64,000 bases of DNA. Source: Phoronis australis. Lineage: Eukaryota > Animalia > Phoronida. The first letter of the stretch is position 1; each line of letters begins with the position of its first letter. Location: NCBI GenBank assembly GCA_002633005.1, contig NMRA01000367.1, forward strand, positions 109,153 through 173,152, written 5' to 3'. This document shows positions 1 to 12,900 of this stretch, piece after piece. The notes beneath the pieces were generated by a model that saw only the letters and a list, made by a program, of their open reading frames with translations, searched no databases and was not told where the DNA came from. The position numbers were made by a program, and so were the translations under genes.

Positions 1-2069
1 TGAATGTTTTTATGCGAGAAGTAGCTAAGGAAGACTTAAGGAGTGATGCAATGCGAGGACAGAATGCCAGGTACAAACGTCAGTTCACAGTTCTTGTCAT
101 ATTGGGTTAACTGCTGAATCCCCTGCAATAGTCCTATATAACATGCAAAATTCTGAGAACCACTTTGCCGGTTGCGGCAGTGCCTTGCTGTTTGCTTGGT
201 GCTAGTGTTGAGCTGTGCTATAGAGAAGTGGTATATGAACATCGTTATTTAAACTTTGCTTCAGTTTTGTAAATGAAGGCTACGTGAATTTTTCATTCAT
301 TTTGATGAAATTCGCAGTTTTAAGTCCAAACCTTTGGCATTCCGTCTGTATGTCACACAATGTCGTTGGCATAATTTTTGTCGCTCATAGCACGATGTCG
401 GAGACATAGTATTCACAAAGGTCTGTCTGCATGTCACACTATGTCGTTGGCATGACATCTCTAAAGGGAATCTATTTTTTTCATATTTTGCACTGAGATG
501 TAGGTGGGACATCTTCAAGCGCCATTTGATATTGTTTTGGATAGGGATTCTGCCATGCTCTTAAATTCCCCTTGTATTTTTACAAACATTATTAATAGTT
601 GAGTTTTGTGAAGCAGTTGCCAGGCATATTTTTTGTGTGATGGTTTGCTCATTTCTTTTTGGTCTGGCCCTCTGGTTCATTTCTCATGTTGAGGACCAGG
701 CCATTGACTTGTTGCTGCTGTTAGTTTTGTAATTGATCTCATCTTAAACAAGTGTTGTATAATATTAAAACGGTTTTGTAAAGTAGATTATTGTACATAG
801 TTCATTAATACTTAGACTTATTGTACACTCTGCACATGCCATGCTGATGTTTAGTGTATACTTTGTTTCAGTGATTATTAAGTAATTCTGATGTTGATAT
901 AAGTTGATGCAATGTGAAGTTTCACTTTGTATTAAGATAATAAGAAATAAATATCTCTCTGCCTGTTGCATGTAACAGATGTGTCGATGGCTTTGCTTCA
1001 ACATATCTTGGCCACAAATTCGGCAGCAGTCAAGCTATATTCTTTACACCTTCCCTTGCTGGTAATGTTTGATTTGAAAAAAATAAAATTGAGAGGGGGG
1101 AGAGATCTCTTATTTATGCTTCTGCTGTATTAAAGAATTCTCTTAGCCCAGAAATTAAATGGCCCAATTCAATTAATACTGTTAAACTTAATAGTAAAAA
1201 GTGGCTGTAATTTACTTACCCATTCTTACACTTAACCTTTCTTAATTATGTCATTTTTCATTATTGTTCATGCACTCACTATTTACTATCATCTCTTTAT
1301 TTCACCTCTCCTGGTCAGAATTTAACCATTAACTTGTTATTAATTGCTGCTTTGTTACCTGTATCTAATTATTGTTTTATGTATTACATTCTACTGTATT
1401 GCATCCTGATGTTGAAGGCCCTTTAAAAGCATATTTTGGCTAAAAACAAATGTGATTAAAGATATGCATCGGTTTCTTCTATTATCACAATTGTAATGGT
1501 CTGTTTTTTACCTTGTTGTTGGTGTTGTTGCCGTTTTTCACATATGCGCTGATTTTAAATTTCGTACTCATATTTTGTCCCAAACAAATGCGATTAAAGG
1601 TACGCATAATTTTTTCTATCATCACAATGGTACTGGTGTGTTTTTACCTTCAACAATAAGTATTTTGTTGATCATATTTTGTTAACTTGGAAGCTTATAA
1701 CCTAAACATGTGTATATTACATGTATGTAAGTTGAGGTATTTATATATTTTGATGGGCAGCATTTACAGATGTGTATGTTTTAACAGATCTCACTTTGTC
1801 CCTAGGTTCTCAGTATTATTTTTTATAAACTAGAGTATTGTACAGTCATGTTTATTTTCTGGGTAAAGTTGTTTTCTTTTTCCTATTATATCTATTTGTA
1901 TGCATGTTTTAAAAATAAAAACTTGTGTGATTAGATATATTGCTTATCTTTCATATTACTTCATTTATTGTAAAATAATTGCAATGTAAGTGCAACCAAC
2001 CTATTGGGATGTAACGTTTCTAAAAAATTCGTTCTCAGCCAATGTAACTACCATATAACAGGTTTCTGG

Positions 2070-3260
2070 TTACTCCATATGAAAATCCAGGTCAAAACAA
2101 AGGTCACAAGTAGTCCTATTCAGTTGGAGAATTTTATGATGCCATCTTAACTGAGGCAGGCCAGCCAGCTGGCTCTCTATTGTGTTGGCAGGGAATGGGG
2201 TAATTGAAACTTGCGCTTCAGTTAACAATTCTAATTGGGTTTTGGCTTGAATTTTCAGCAGGGATAGATTCGTCATGTGTTCGCCAACTGCTGCGCCAAA
2301 GAGGTTGTCTAGGAAGGGTTTTAGCACCGTTCTGTAGTACTCACTGAAAGAAACAAGTATTGAGTACAAATACAACTCCGCACTACGTGAAATAGATTTT
2401 GGATATGAAGAAGATAGAGCCAAGTGGAAATACAAACCAGGATCAGTTTCTGTGCGATCGTAGACCCTCTGCTGTACTGGGTAAATTTGGCATGACCAAA
2501 AATAAGTTCTTTTTCGTTTCCATTGTACACAAGCATAAAAAAACGACATTATGTACAAACTGTGTGGAATTATAACTTATTACGTGAGTGTTTCTCCAGG
2601 AACGTTAGCCCTATGCTGCTGTTGTCTGGACTGCCGAGTGGTTTGCTCGTCTTGGAACCATTGTACCTAAACATCTTCGATGTTTGTTCCCAACCCTTGT
2701 ACTTCGTCAACTGCTGTGTCAATGAGCTTGTAAGCCTCTACAATGTCAGCAACTGGTTTCGCAGCTCAATTCGCACTAAGCCCCCTGATGTTGCCAAGTC
2801 CATTCAAAATACTTATATGCGCGACTAAATTCGATCCATTCATCATGAACTAATTCAAACCTACAGGAGATATCCCAGGACCTATTTGCATTTCTTGCAA
2901 TTTTCGGAATAAACGTCCCAATGTCTGAACGCTTGAAACCCCAAGTACTAACATTAAATAAATACCCATAGGTATGGGCGTTTCATCGGATGGGCCTTTC
3001 TGCAGAAATTCCCAGTATAGAAGACGGCAGTAGTGCTTCTTGCAGGTAGAAAAATGGTAGGTGTTGAGGTCGGAACTAGGACTCCTTAGGAGGCCTATTG
3101 AACATTGCACGAGTCCCGCAAGTCTTTTGAGTGTGAAAATACAGCCTCCCCGCAATTTCTGGTACTGTACACTGTTCGCCAATGCAGTCACTTTGTCAAT
3201 GCGAGTGCCTCCTTGGTCATTCTTTGTATAGACATAACTTGTTAGAATGCATCTTCAAAC
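2070..3260 (-). mobile_element. Degenerate hAT-superfamily transposase remnant (PRKRIR/ZMYM1-like)
   Basis: Minus-strand frameshifted fragments read in the order expected for hAT transposases: CIGEQCTVPEI, KRL(C)GTR, KPVADIVEAYKLIDTAVDEVQ..NIEDV*VQWF, RQQQHRANVP, SEYYRTVLKPFLDNL. Multiple stops and frameshifts. Confidence 0.7.
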
Positions 3261-4224
3261 GGACTAGCGACCACACCACGGCGCCCATGACAATAGCAAT
3301 TCTTCGGAAAAACGAGTTCTTTTCATGTACATTGTATGCTATTGCGCAAGACAACTTTACTATACACCAGTCAAATTCGAGTTACACAGGTGTGGAGTAT
3401 AATGGAATGACACGGCATATGAGATGAGGTAAAAACGTTGCACGTCAATTCGCCTGAATATCAAGTTTGAGGCGCTGCAGTATTTCCCTTGATTAAATCA
3501 AAACATATCTTAGAGTAGAGAAGCTAGTTACCTAAAGAAATCAACTATAAGAGCTGCTCTTTCAGCGGTGGATCCATCTAAAATGCTTGGCTACTTCAGA
3601 AGTGTCGACGGATGCGCGCGCACAATTGATCTCAGCGCGTTTTGGCGTTGAGCCACGAAGAATCGAAATGCAATTCACAATGTAAAAATTATATTTTCAG
3701 AGTGAACGCCCCTCAATTTTTCCAAGTTGGTTTACTTGGGTTTTACACACGCTGGCGGTGTCGTTTTTGTTTTGCTGGAGACTTTTTTTATTTTTGGGTC
3801 CTGGCCCAAGGGGGGGGTTAAACCCCCTGAACATCCTCCGTAGATCCGCCCCTGGATTACATGCTCGTGGAAGAGTCGAGAAAAGTGTCGTATAGTATTA
3901 TTTTGATCTTGATTGTCTCTAACAGATGTAGTTTTGAAAATCAATATTTGGAAATAAGCACCCGTCACCGTAAGGTAAGGTTCCTTTGGCAACGGACTAT
4001 AGGGTACGTCTTGTCACAACGATGATGTCATTTGCGTCGATCAGAACGAGCGCCACCTAAAGTTTTTTCGGTGCTAATTGGGGTTACCGATTGGGTCGTA
4101 CGATAGAAATTGGCGTAATTAGCTAATGTCAGGAGTAAAGGAAGGGATGATATGTTTGTGTCGATCAATGATACATATTATTAACATGTTCAAAAGTCAT
4201 TTGCCCGTCATATGGGGACCTTAA

Positions 4225-4522
4225 AGTAACTTTGGCGAAGACCTCTAACACCAATATTTGGTCGTCGTTAACTTTTTCACCACGCGCGCGATAACCATAA
4301 ATTATTTCAACATAGTCAGCTCAGTCAGGCAAAGGCTAGCGCGACACTTGCAAAATAGTATATGGGAGGGTATCACTATCCGGAGTCATGGGATGTGTTA
4401 ATTATAACTCCTTATTCTTATACGTATGGTTCATTTGATTTTATTTGCTGTATTTTGAAATGAATAATTTTGGGGATGTACTAGTTATCGCCCCAGCATG
4501 CCAGGGCGATGTAATTGACTAG
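4225..4522 (+). repeat. Interspersed repeat, copy 1 (second copy at about 52460-52862)
   Basis: Shared blocks ttaa(a/g)gt(a/g)actttgg, taactttttcaccacgc, gacacttgcaaaatag and ccagggcgatgtaattgacta occur in the same order at both loci. Confidence 0.7.
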
Positions 4523-5326
4523 TCAAAATACTGATTTTCAGACAATTCAGCTGTAACCACTCAAGGTATATTCACTGAAGCCCGACTTTTGCACGCTCAG
4601 GAATCCTTAAAAAAGCTCTCTTAGTTTTTAAATTCTTGGAAGGCCGATGCTGGTAGTCGGTGCGCCGGCAGAATGGCGTGTGAGAACCAAAGTATTGCGC
4701 GTCATTAAAAGTTGAAAGGTTTGGGAAATAAAACAGAGTCCAAAATCATATCCATTCTGTGAACATTTGTACTACTACCACGTAACCTGTTTTCATTGGC
4801 CAAACTTCGGCTAATGGTCGCAGCTGAAATTACGTGTACAACGTTACCTCGAGAAAAATTTGACTATCGTTACTCACTGTTCAACATGATTACAGGTCAT
4901 TAGCTATGATGACCATTTGATTAAAAAATGATTTTATTATTCGGAGCTTGAAAGTCTGTGACCTCACTGTGTATTGACCTAATATTCCTGGCTTGGTAAC
5001 AAAATATTTGTTTCTACTTAGAGATAGCATGTTTCTCGGAATTCCACTGTGCTTAGATAGCAAACAACGTACACAAAACGCACGCTTATGGGCTAACAAC
5101 AATTCTAAATCATTAAATTATTGTTTTTACCCATTCTTTGGCTATGCTTTACGGGCTAACGAGTTTTTCTTAAAATCATTTTCCTCGCCAAGCTGATGTT
5201 GTCGTAGAATTTCCTGAAAATTTAGATAAAAACAGATAGTTAATTTACCTCTCTTGAGTAGTTGATTACTAGAAATACAAACAGAAGCACATATAGCACA
5301 TATGCTATTCTTGTAACAAACCTTAC

Positions 5327-5671
5327 ACGGGTTCCTTAACTTCAGAAGTCTTTGTCTGTACTGGGACGCATCGATGTCGTTACTAGCGTAACAGGTAAAT
5401 GGATAAATCTGACCGTGGAATGATGAAGCCAAAGTTATGTTACGACTAAACACGAGACTCCCTTCACCCGAACGTTGATAACTGGTTGTAATACTTTGGA
5501 CGTAGTTGATTTCCGACACTGTATTCCAAGCGATGACTGCTCCCGGCTTCACGCTGTCCGTTAGGCATGTGAATGTGTAATTAAGTCTGGGCAAGAGAAC
5601 GACCTCGTCGAAACCGGCTTCAAACTCGTAGCGACCTCCATCAACATTGAAAGTTAAACTGGAAGGCCCAC
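5327..5671 (-). CDS. Ig-like domain exon (third) of mucin-Ig cell-surface protein
   Basis: 345-nt phase 1/1 exon bounded by AG and GTAAGG. Reads GPSSLTF...YTFTC..VKPGAVIAW...FSRNIT...FTCYASN, with the Cys-Trp-Cys pattern of CD80-like C2-set Ig domains. Confidence 0.8.
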
Positions 5672-5833
5672 CTAAAAGGGTGGTACGAATGCAATTTGGA
5701 AAGTACATTACCTAAGAATGTGGTCATCGCTCCATGAGCAAGATGTTTCGTCGATGACTAATACAGTAGTTCACAAAATAAACCTGGTCCCGGTTACATA
5801 AACGTCTGTATAACTATCCGGAGGAAAAGAGCT

Positions 5834-5864
5834 TATATATGTATACATATATATATATATATAC

Positions 5865-5944
<80 letters not shown>

Positions 5945-5945
5945 A
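5834..5945. repeat. (TA)n / (TATATG)n microsatellite
   Basis: Directly visible dinucleotide run. Confidence 0.95.
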
Positions 5946-7111
5946 CAGAATTGATTGAACACACAACACTTTTTATTGCTGACTGTTTTTATTCCGTTTT
6001 GTTCATATCCTCGGAATAAAACTCTACTCTCAACGGATCATAGATGAACTAACTGGCCTAGCGACATAATGAAAAGGCACACGATATTTTGAATTATACA
6101 TTTACATGATTCATTCTCAAGTGAACATAAAATGACGCAGTAATGTTCACTTGAGGATGAAACAAGTATGTTTCGAAATATCGTGTACCTTTTAATTACG
6201 TGGCTAGGTCAGTTACTTCATGTACTGTATGTTCAGTTGAGAGTAGAGTTTTTATTCGAAGATATGAATGAAACGAAATCAAGACTGTCAACAATGAAAA
6301 GTGTCCTGCCTTCAATCATATCTGTATATCCACCAACATGCTCCAGAAGTAAAGCTACCCCTTTATACACATATGTACATGTATCCATGTGCATACATAT
6401 ATTGAAAAACACATGTAGCCTAGGTATGTATGTGTGTTGAATATTTTATTTAGAAATGCAAATATGTATCAATACATTCATACATATAGGCCATATATGT
6501 AGGAGGACACAGTTTACGAAACTGAGTTGTGAAGCACTTTGAATCTTGCAAAATAACCACTAACAGTAGTTTTGAGACCGAAAATCCATGTGAAAGTCAT
6601 TGTAACCTTTAAATTTATCGTAACACAGGGAAGCACTTTTGTCGGACATCTTGGAATCTAAAAAAGCCAAGCCAGTGCCAAGGAGCCCCTCGATTTCTTC
6701 ATGATTGGAACATCTCTAGGCTATGGAGACGGACAATGCATGTTTCATTTGCTACGCTACCGGCCTGCACTGTAGGTAAGAATAAGTTTAAATTTCCCAT
6801 GTTTACCAAAGTCAATTTTCGCAAAACATAGGAGTAGGCAGCTCGAAAGTATGGCTAACAAAAGCCCAATATTCATCCACAACAATCGTCAATTGTCACG
6901 AAAAAGCTTCCCGTTTTGGATCAGTGCTTAGAATTTCACGTTAATTCAGACATCTTGACAAGGGTTGAGCTTGTCGTGAACATTGCATCTGGCTAAATTC
7001 CTGACCTAAATACCCTTGTACGCGTTTCGTAATTCACATCAGGCATAACGTTCGAGGAAAGGCAGTGTCTTGTCCATGATGAACCAAAAGAATATTAGCT
7101 TAGCGACTTAC

Positions 7112-7459
7112 ATCTACCAACTAATGTCCATGAATTCGATGTCCATGGAATGCCATGGTCTAGACTGTTACGCGCATGGCAGCTTACTATTTGATTAATA
7201 TCTGCGTTTGTGAACGTGAAGACAAGCTCTCGCCTGGACAAAAACACATCGCCTTTTGACTGTGCCAGGTGTGTCAATGCTAACTGATGATCATCAGGAA
7301 TTTGTGATGCGTTCCAAAGGATTTCTGCGCGTGGCATCGAAGCATCCGACTGACATTCAAAAGAGTATTGCGACTTCGGAACTAGTACGTATTCATTGTT
7401 CAAGAATGGATACGCGTATCTTCCCGAAATTACTCTCAAGTTGACTGCCGATGGTCCAA
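7112..7459 (-). CDS. Ig-like domain exon (second)
   Basis: 348-nt phase 1/1 exon bounded by CAG and GTAAGT. Reads GPSAVNL...YSFECQSDASMPRAEILW...SRRELVF...VSCHARN. Confidence 0.8.
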
Positions 7460-8278
7460 CTGTAATAACAACGATTTGAAGATATAAACGATATAAATGT
7501 ATAAGGCTAACTGCTCGAAAACACTGACTGAGATTTTCAACCTAATAGTGTAGTGTAATGATATGTAAAATAATGTAAAAAAATATTTTTGTAAATGCAC
7601 ATAACGCGTGTGCAAATATCGAGTCTCACATTTGGTAAACACTTGCGGGTAGAGGGAGCAACTCGGAAGTTCCATATACATGTAACTACAGATTGCTGTG
7701 ACTCGATACTGCTGTACCTGCCATTTGGATTCTGGATGTGTCAAAGGTGCTCAGTCGTCGGCAAGAGTAAATAGAAACGTGCTAGTATACATTTCAATTT
7801 TGCCGCAGTTAATGTTTTCATCTCAACATCAATAACTTGTTTCAAATTTAATTGCTTATTTCCAAGCGATAAAACACCTTTTCATTGCACTATCATCAAA
7901 GTTAGTGTTCCCGTGGGCTTTGTGTTGCCTTGTGACGTATCCTAAATATGGCTCTTTTTCAAAAGCAATACGAACACATTCTTCCAAAAAACACATAGCC
8001 ACATCTATCGTTCCCAATTTAAACGCAAAACATGAAATGTCAATTGTCAAGATTGTGCTCCTTGAATTCGGTGCAACGAATAGAATCGTCGCGTTTCGAA
8101 GTTGTTCGCAATGTATTACGCAAAGTCTTCGGTGTGCACATCCTACCTTTCAAAATAATTTAACGTCTTACTTCCTTGCCAATACAGTATTTATAACGTT
8201 TGGGAGCTTAGATAGCAACGCTGTGATTCTCACGACTCCAAGAAATGAAGTTGTTACGTCTACGTGGCCTGAACTTAC

Positions 8279-8626
8279 ATGCACTCCGGAACTTTAAGGT
8301 TTTGCTGCATCTTTTAAGTTCGTCAACGGTGTTATGGGCATAACATGTGAAAGAGACGACATTGCGACGGAAGGATGCGACGAATGTGATATTCCGACAG
8401 AAAACAAAGCTTCCTGCTGTCAATCCCGGAGATCTGGTTTGATTCAATTGGACGGAATTGACTTTGGTGGACGTTCTCCAAGTAATCCTTGCGTTTGGTT
8501 TCACGTCGTTCGTATTGCAGCTTATTGTGTACTGGACATTGGTTTGCAATATCACTACTTCATATCTACCCGGTTTGTACTCGTACTTTCCTCCCGTGAT
8601 TGAAAATTTAAGTTCGGATGGACCTT
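8279..8626 (-). CDS. Ig-like domain exon (first)
   Basis: 348-nt phase 1/1 exon bounded by CAG and GTAAGT. Reads GPSELKF...YTISCNTNDVKPNARITW...FTCYAHN; paralogous to the other two Ig exons. Confidence 0.8.
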
Positions 8627-9937
8627 CTGTAATATCATTTGGACTCTAGTAAGAAAAGACAAATTTAACTTGCGCTTGAAAATGCGCAAGCCGATCAACG
8701 CTCATGTCTTCATGAACTCGCCATCGTAAGTGGCCTTTTCTCAAGGATTAGAGAGCATTCGGTTACCTTGTTGGCAACCAGCATTCCATCTTTTTTAAGA
8801 ACGACACTGCGTAAAAATCCGATAAGCGCTAAATTATTGACAACGCTCTTGACGTTTGTACATCCTTTTTATGATTGAGGTCATCTTTACGAAAGCGACC
8901 GGTCGTTTACACACATTTACAGCTTTGCTTACGCAATTTGCATGTGATAACAATGAAACAACCTAAAAAAGCAAAATGAACCGCGTGTGAGTTTACATTA
9001 GAAGAAAAATGCAACAAAAGTTGTGCCATTGCCGCTACATTGTATAACCCTACTAGTTCTCAACGCAAAATTAACGTTATACATGTAGTTGTCCGAGCAT
9101 CTTCGCGTAATGTAATTCTGGAACAACACAGGCGTGTAAATGAAATTATTTGGAAAGGCGAATGACTGCACACAGATATTGACCCGGGGCTGCTTCTAGT
9201 TGAAACAACTGCTGCGATGAAACGTCACATAAAAACACTATACCGCACCAGGGAATTCAATTCCTATAGACTTTTGTTTTGTTATAGAGCAAAGGTTCTC
9301 GAAGAAGTCGAAAAACTAAGAAGGAATTGGCACACGGAGGAGGCGAAGGAATTGATAGAGGATTCTGGTTTTCAATCTCGTGAAATTAATTTCTCGGACT
9401 CCTGGTAGTTCAGTGGATTGCCTAAAGCTTTACAGTCGACCATGCGATTGTAATCACGGGTGGCAGACACCCAAGTTGTGTTACCGGCTGTATGAAAGAT
9501 TGATTACATGCACCTACATGTATAATCTAGGCATGTGACACATAACGTACATGTAAGCATAACCACCAAGTAACCAACCAAAGGGAAAAGTAGTCTTGCA
9601 AAAATCACTGCTTGTGTGTACACATGGTGAAAAGCATATTTAATATTGAAAATAACTCGTGTCTTTCCAAGGAGAAAACTAATAAAAATGGGAACATATC
9701 CCTTTGCTCAATCGATGCATTACGCCGTCTTTTTCCTTTTTGGCACGGACAATTGCGAAATAAACAACGCTGCTACACGTATTCTCATTTGCGCACGTAA
9801 AACAGCTGTTAATCATGACAGCAATTTTTTGATTAATACTGTCTTGGGATATGAGAAGTATGCGTTGACTTCGGTGAATGTCAATATTTGTATACGCTGC
9901 ATTGTAACCCGCAAATCACTATTTCATCATAACTGAC

Positions 9938-12900
9938 CAGGGGGACGTGTTGTGACTGAAGCGAGTGTTGAGGGAATAGCCTTTGCTTCAGTCGGCTGGC
10001 TTGTGGTTGACACAGTAGTGACGCCACCTGTAACGATTATTGCCATAAAATGTCACAACTATGTCATATAAGTGTAACTATTACGTTAGTGGCAGTTCTA
10101 TTCGTGACAGTGAAATCCGTTATAGTAAATGCAAAAACCACAAGGCAAGGGCAGTCGATAGTGATTGCTACGACAATAAGATATTCTGCCAGCGTTAGTA
10201 GCCAAAATTTTTAGATTGATTTTTTACTACCCTTCAATGAAATACATTTACTGGAAGGTGTGCCTAGCCTTTGTACTTGTAAGCACATCAGATGCAAAGT
10301 TTAATTTTAAATTGTCCCCGAATAAAAAGCGCTAGTGAAAATCAGCAGAATGGATATGACCGGATTTTCATAGATGTCGTCACGGATTTTATTTATTCAT
10401 TTTTACTTTTTGTTTATTTTTTGGTTACAAGTATACAAATTAATATTCACCTATTTCACGAACGCGGGGCGCTGCTGTCGTGTTGATCGAAAACGAGGCG
10501 CCTTGACAAATATGGCATCGTCCTGCAAGGTGGTGTGGTCAAAAGACTTATCAACGTTACCAAAAATCAAGTTGTCTGATGTTGAATCGATCTCCAAAAA
10601 CATACCAATACGCACGGCAACTCACTTTTACCCTCCTCCGCCATCCCTCTGTAGTTTCCCCTTTTTGGAAAAGTGTGGAAGTCAGGGACTTTACCCAGGC
10701 TTTTAGTCTTGAAAAATCCTGCTCGCCAGCTGGGCGACTGCCGGAGCCAGAAAATCTACTCGCCCGAAGTTCAGTCACCCGTCCGTTGGTGCCAGTCACC
10801 ACAAACTTGCTAACATCATCGTTTCGTGCACTGATGTCATCATCTATTAGGGCCACCGTTTTTGCCCTAATGATTAACGCCCAGGGGGACGCTTTTTGTA
10901 GTCTACGGCGGTTAAAACTCGGTCTCCGTTGTGACGTATGTGTACCCTATGACAGACTTACTACAAAATTGTGGTGCATTGCTATCAAACTCTGTTGTTA
11001 ATCTTTAAAAAAAATGTGCTGAAATCCCAGGGCGAAAACTTGCCGACTGATGCATCGCTGCTTCGCGATCGTCGACAGGACAACTGAATCTTAAATTCAT
11101 GATAAAAACAGCACAAGGAGGAGGAAAATTATTCACATTCATCTGGGAAACGATATATAGTGCTTTTGCGCTTTGAAACTCGCTCGGTCATCTGGGCGAC
11201 CGGCAAGTCAACTTCTACTCGCCCAGCACCATTTTTACTCGCATTGGCGACTGGGCGAGTTGCTAAGTATATCCCTGGGAAGGATACCGACGAGTTGGAA
11301 TTGGTACGTTCAGGCACTGCACAGTACACCATAAAGGCCAGCTGATGACCGCTCACGAGGTTTTATCAATGTGCCTCGTTTTCGATCAGTATTTAAAGAT
11401 GGCGCGGGAAGATGGCGCTTTCGTGAAATAGGTGAACAAACACACTGAAATTACATTACAAAAAGGCTTCATAACAGAATTGAAACATTTATGGTTTTGG
11501 CTTGTTCTGAAAAGCTGAAACCCTGAAAAAAGTAGGGCCATTTCCGCTATGGCCCTACTTGTTCTCTATGCAAAATACATTCTATAGTTTCCGAGTATTT
11601 TCTCCTAATGATATTCCAATGAATCTGGGGTAATACAGGTGTGAAAATGCAGTTAATTTCAGGCAAACGCGACTGATTCCATGCAGGTATGGATTTTACG
11701 AGTAATTGCGATCTTAGTACCTCAGAATATTCGCTGTATTAACAAATGGACAATTGTGTATGCGATATTGATTAAATCACAGTGACGGAACAACCATGGG
11801 ATTTTTTTTAGGAAAACAGCTTCGCCATTTTTCTTTTGTCCATTATTACCAACCTCTATAACCGTAAATTTCTTGGCAACCTATCGGTACAACCTTTAAC
11901 CGTAAAAAGAATCGTAGAATTCTATGGAAGTAAAAGATATAGTTTATATACACTGTAGACGAAGAATTTTCAGAAAAAAAATGTTACTTAATCACACATA
12001 CCCAAACGAGGTGTTGTGATTGAAGGACTAGTTGAAGCCACTACTGCAGTCATTGTTGGTTGTTTTGTTGTTGTTGATGTTGTTGTTGTAGCTGTATTAA
12101 CGCTTGCCACTGACTCAGTACTCCTTCCATGTGTAACAACTGTTGCGATGAAACGCCACATTAAAACACGATGCCGGACCAGCAGATTCAATTTTTATCG
12201 ACTTTTGCTTTGTTAAAGAGTACTGGTTCTCGAATAAGTCGTAAAATCAAAAACAAATTGTATCAAGAGGAAGCAAAGGAATTGAACGAGGATTCTTATT
12301 TGCATGAATTAAAGTTCTTAGATTCATGGTAGTCCAATGGACTGCTTGAAGATTTAAACTCGAAGATGCGATTGTAATCACGGGTGGCAGACACCAAAGT
12401 TGTGTTACCGGCTGTATGAAAGATTGATTACGTGGAAATAAAAGATAGACAAGTAACATATAATATCAGCATTACCACAAAGTAACCAGCCAAGGCATGA
12501 AGTAATACAACAAAAATCAATGGTTGTGTATACAAATGTCGAAAAGCATGTTTAGTATAGGAAACCACGTGACTTCTTCAAAGGCAGAAGTAAATGGGAA
12601 CTTTTGCCCATTCGATGCAATAGACCATCATCGTTTTTCTTCCTTTTTGGCATGGTCCATTGCGAATTGAACAACGCTGCCTCAAATTTTCTGAAATGAG
12701 CACTGACAACAACCGTTAAAAATGACAGCAATTTGTTTATTAACACCGTATTGGGATATGAGCAATTTGTATTGACTTCAGTGATTCCAAATATTTGTAC
12801 ATTGTATATGCTGCAGTGTAACCTGCAAAACACTGTATGATAATACTGACCAGAAAGACGTGTTGCGACTGAAGCAAGCGTTGGGGCACTAGTCTCGGCT

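Noticed and set aside
9184-9211. Seventh mucin exon (start of an A-type copy)
   Set aside because: Homology ends after about 25 nt at the duplication breakpoint and there is no phase-compatible strong donor.
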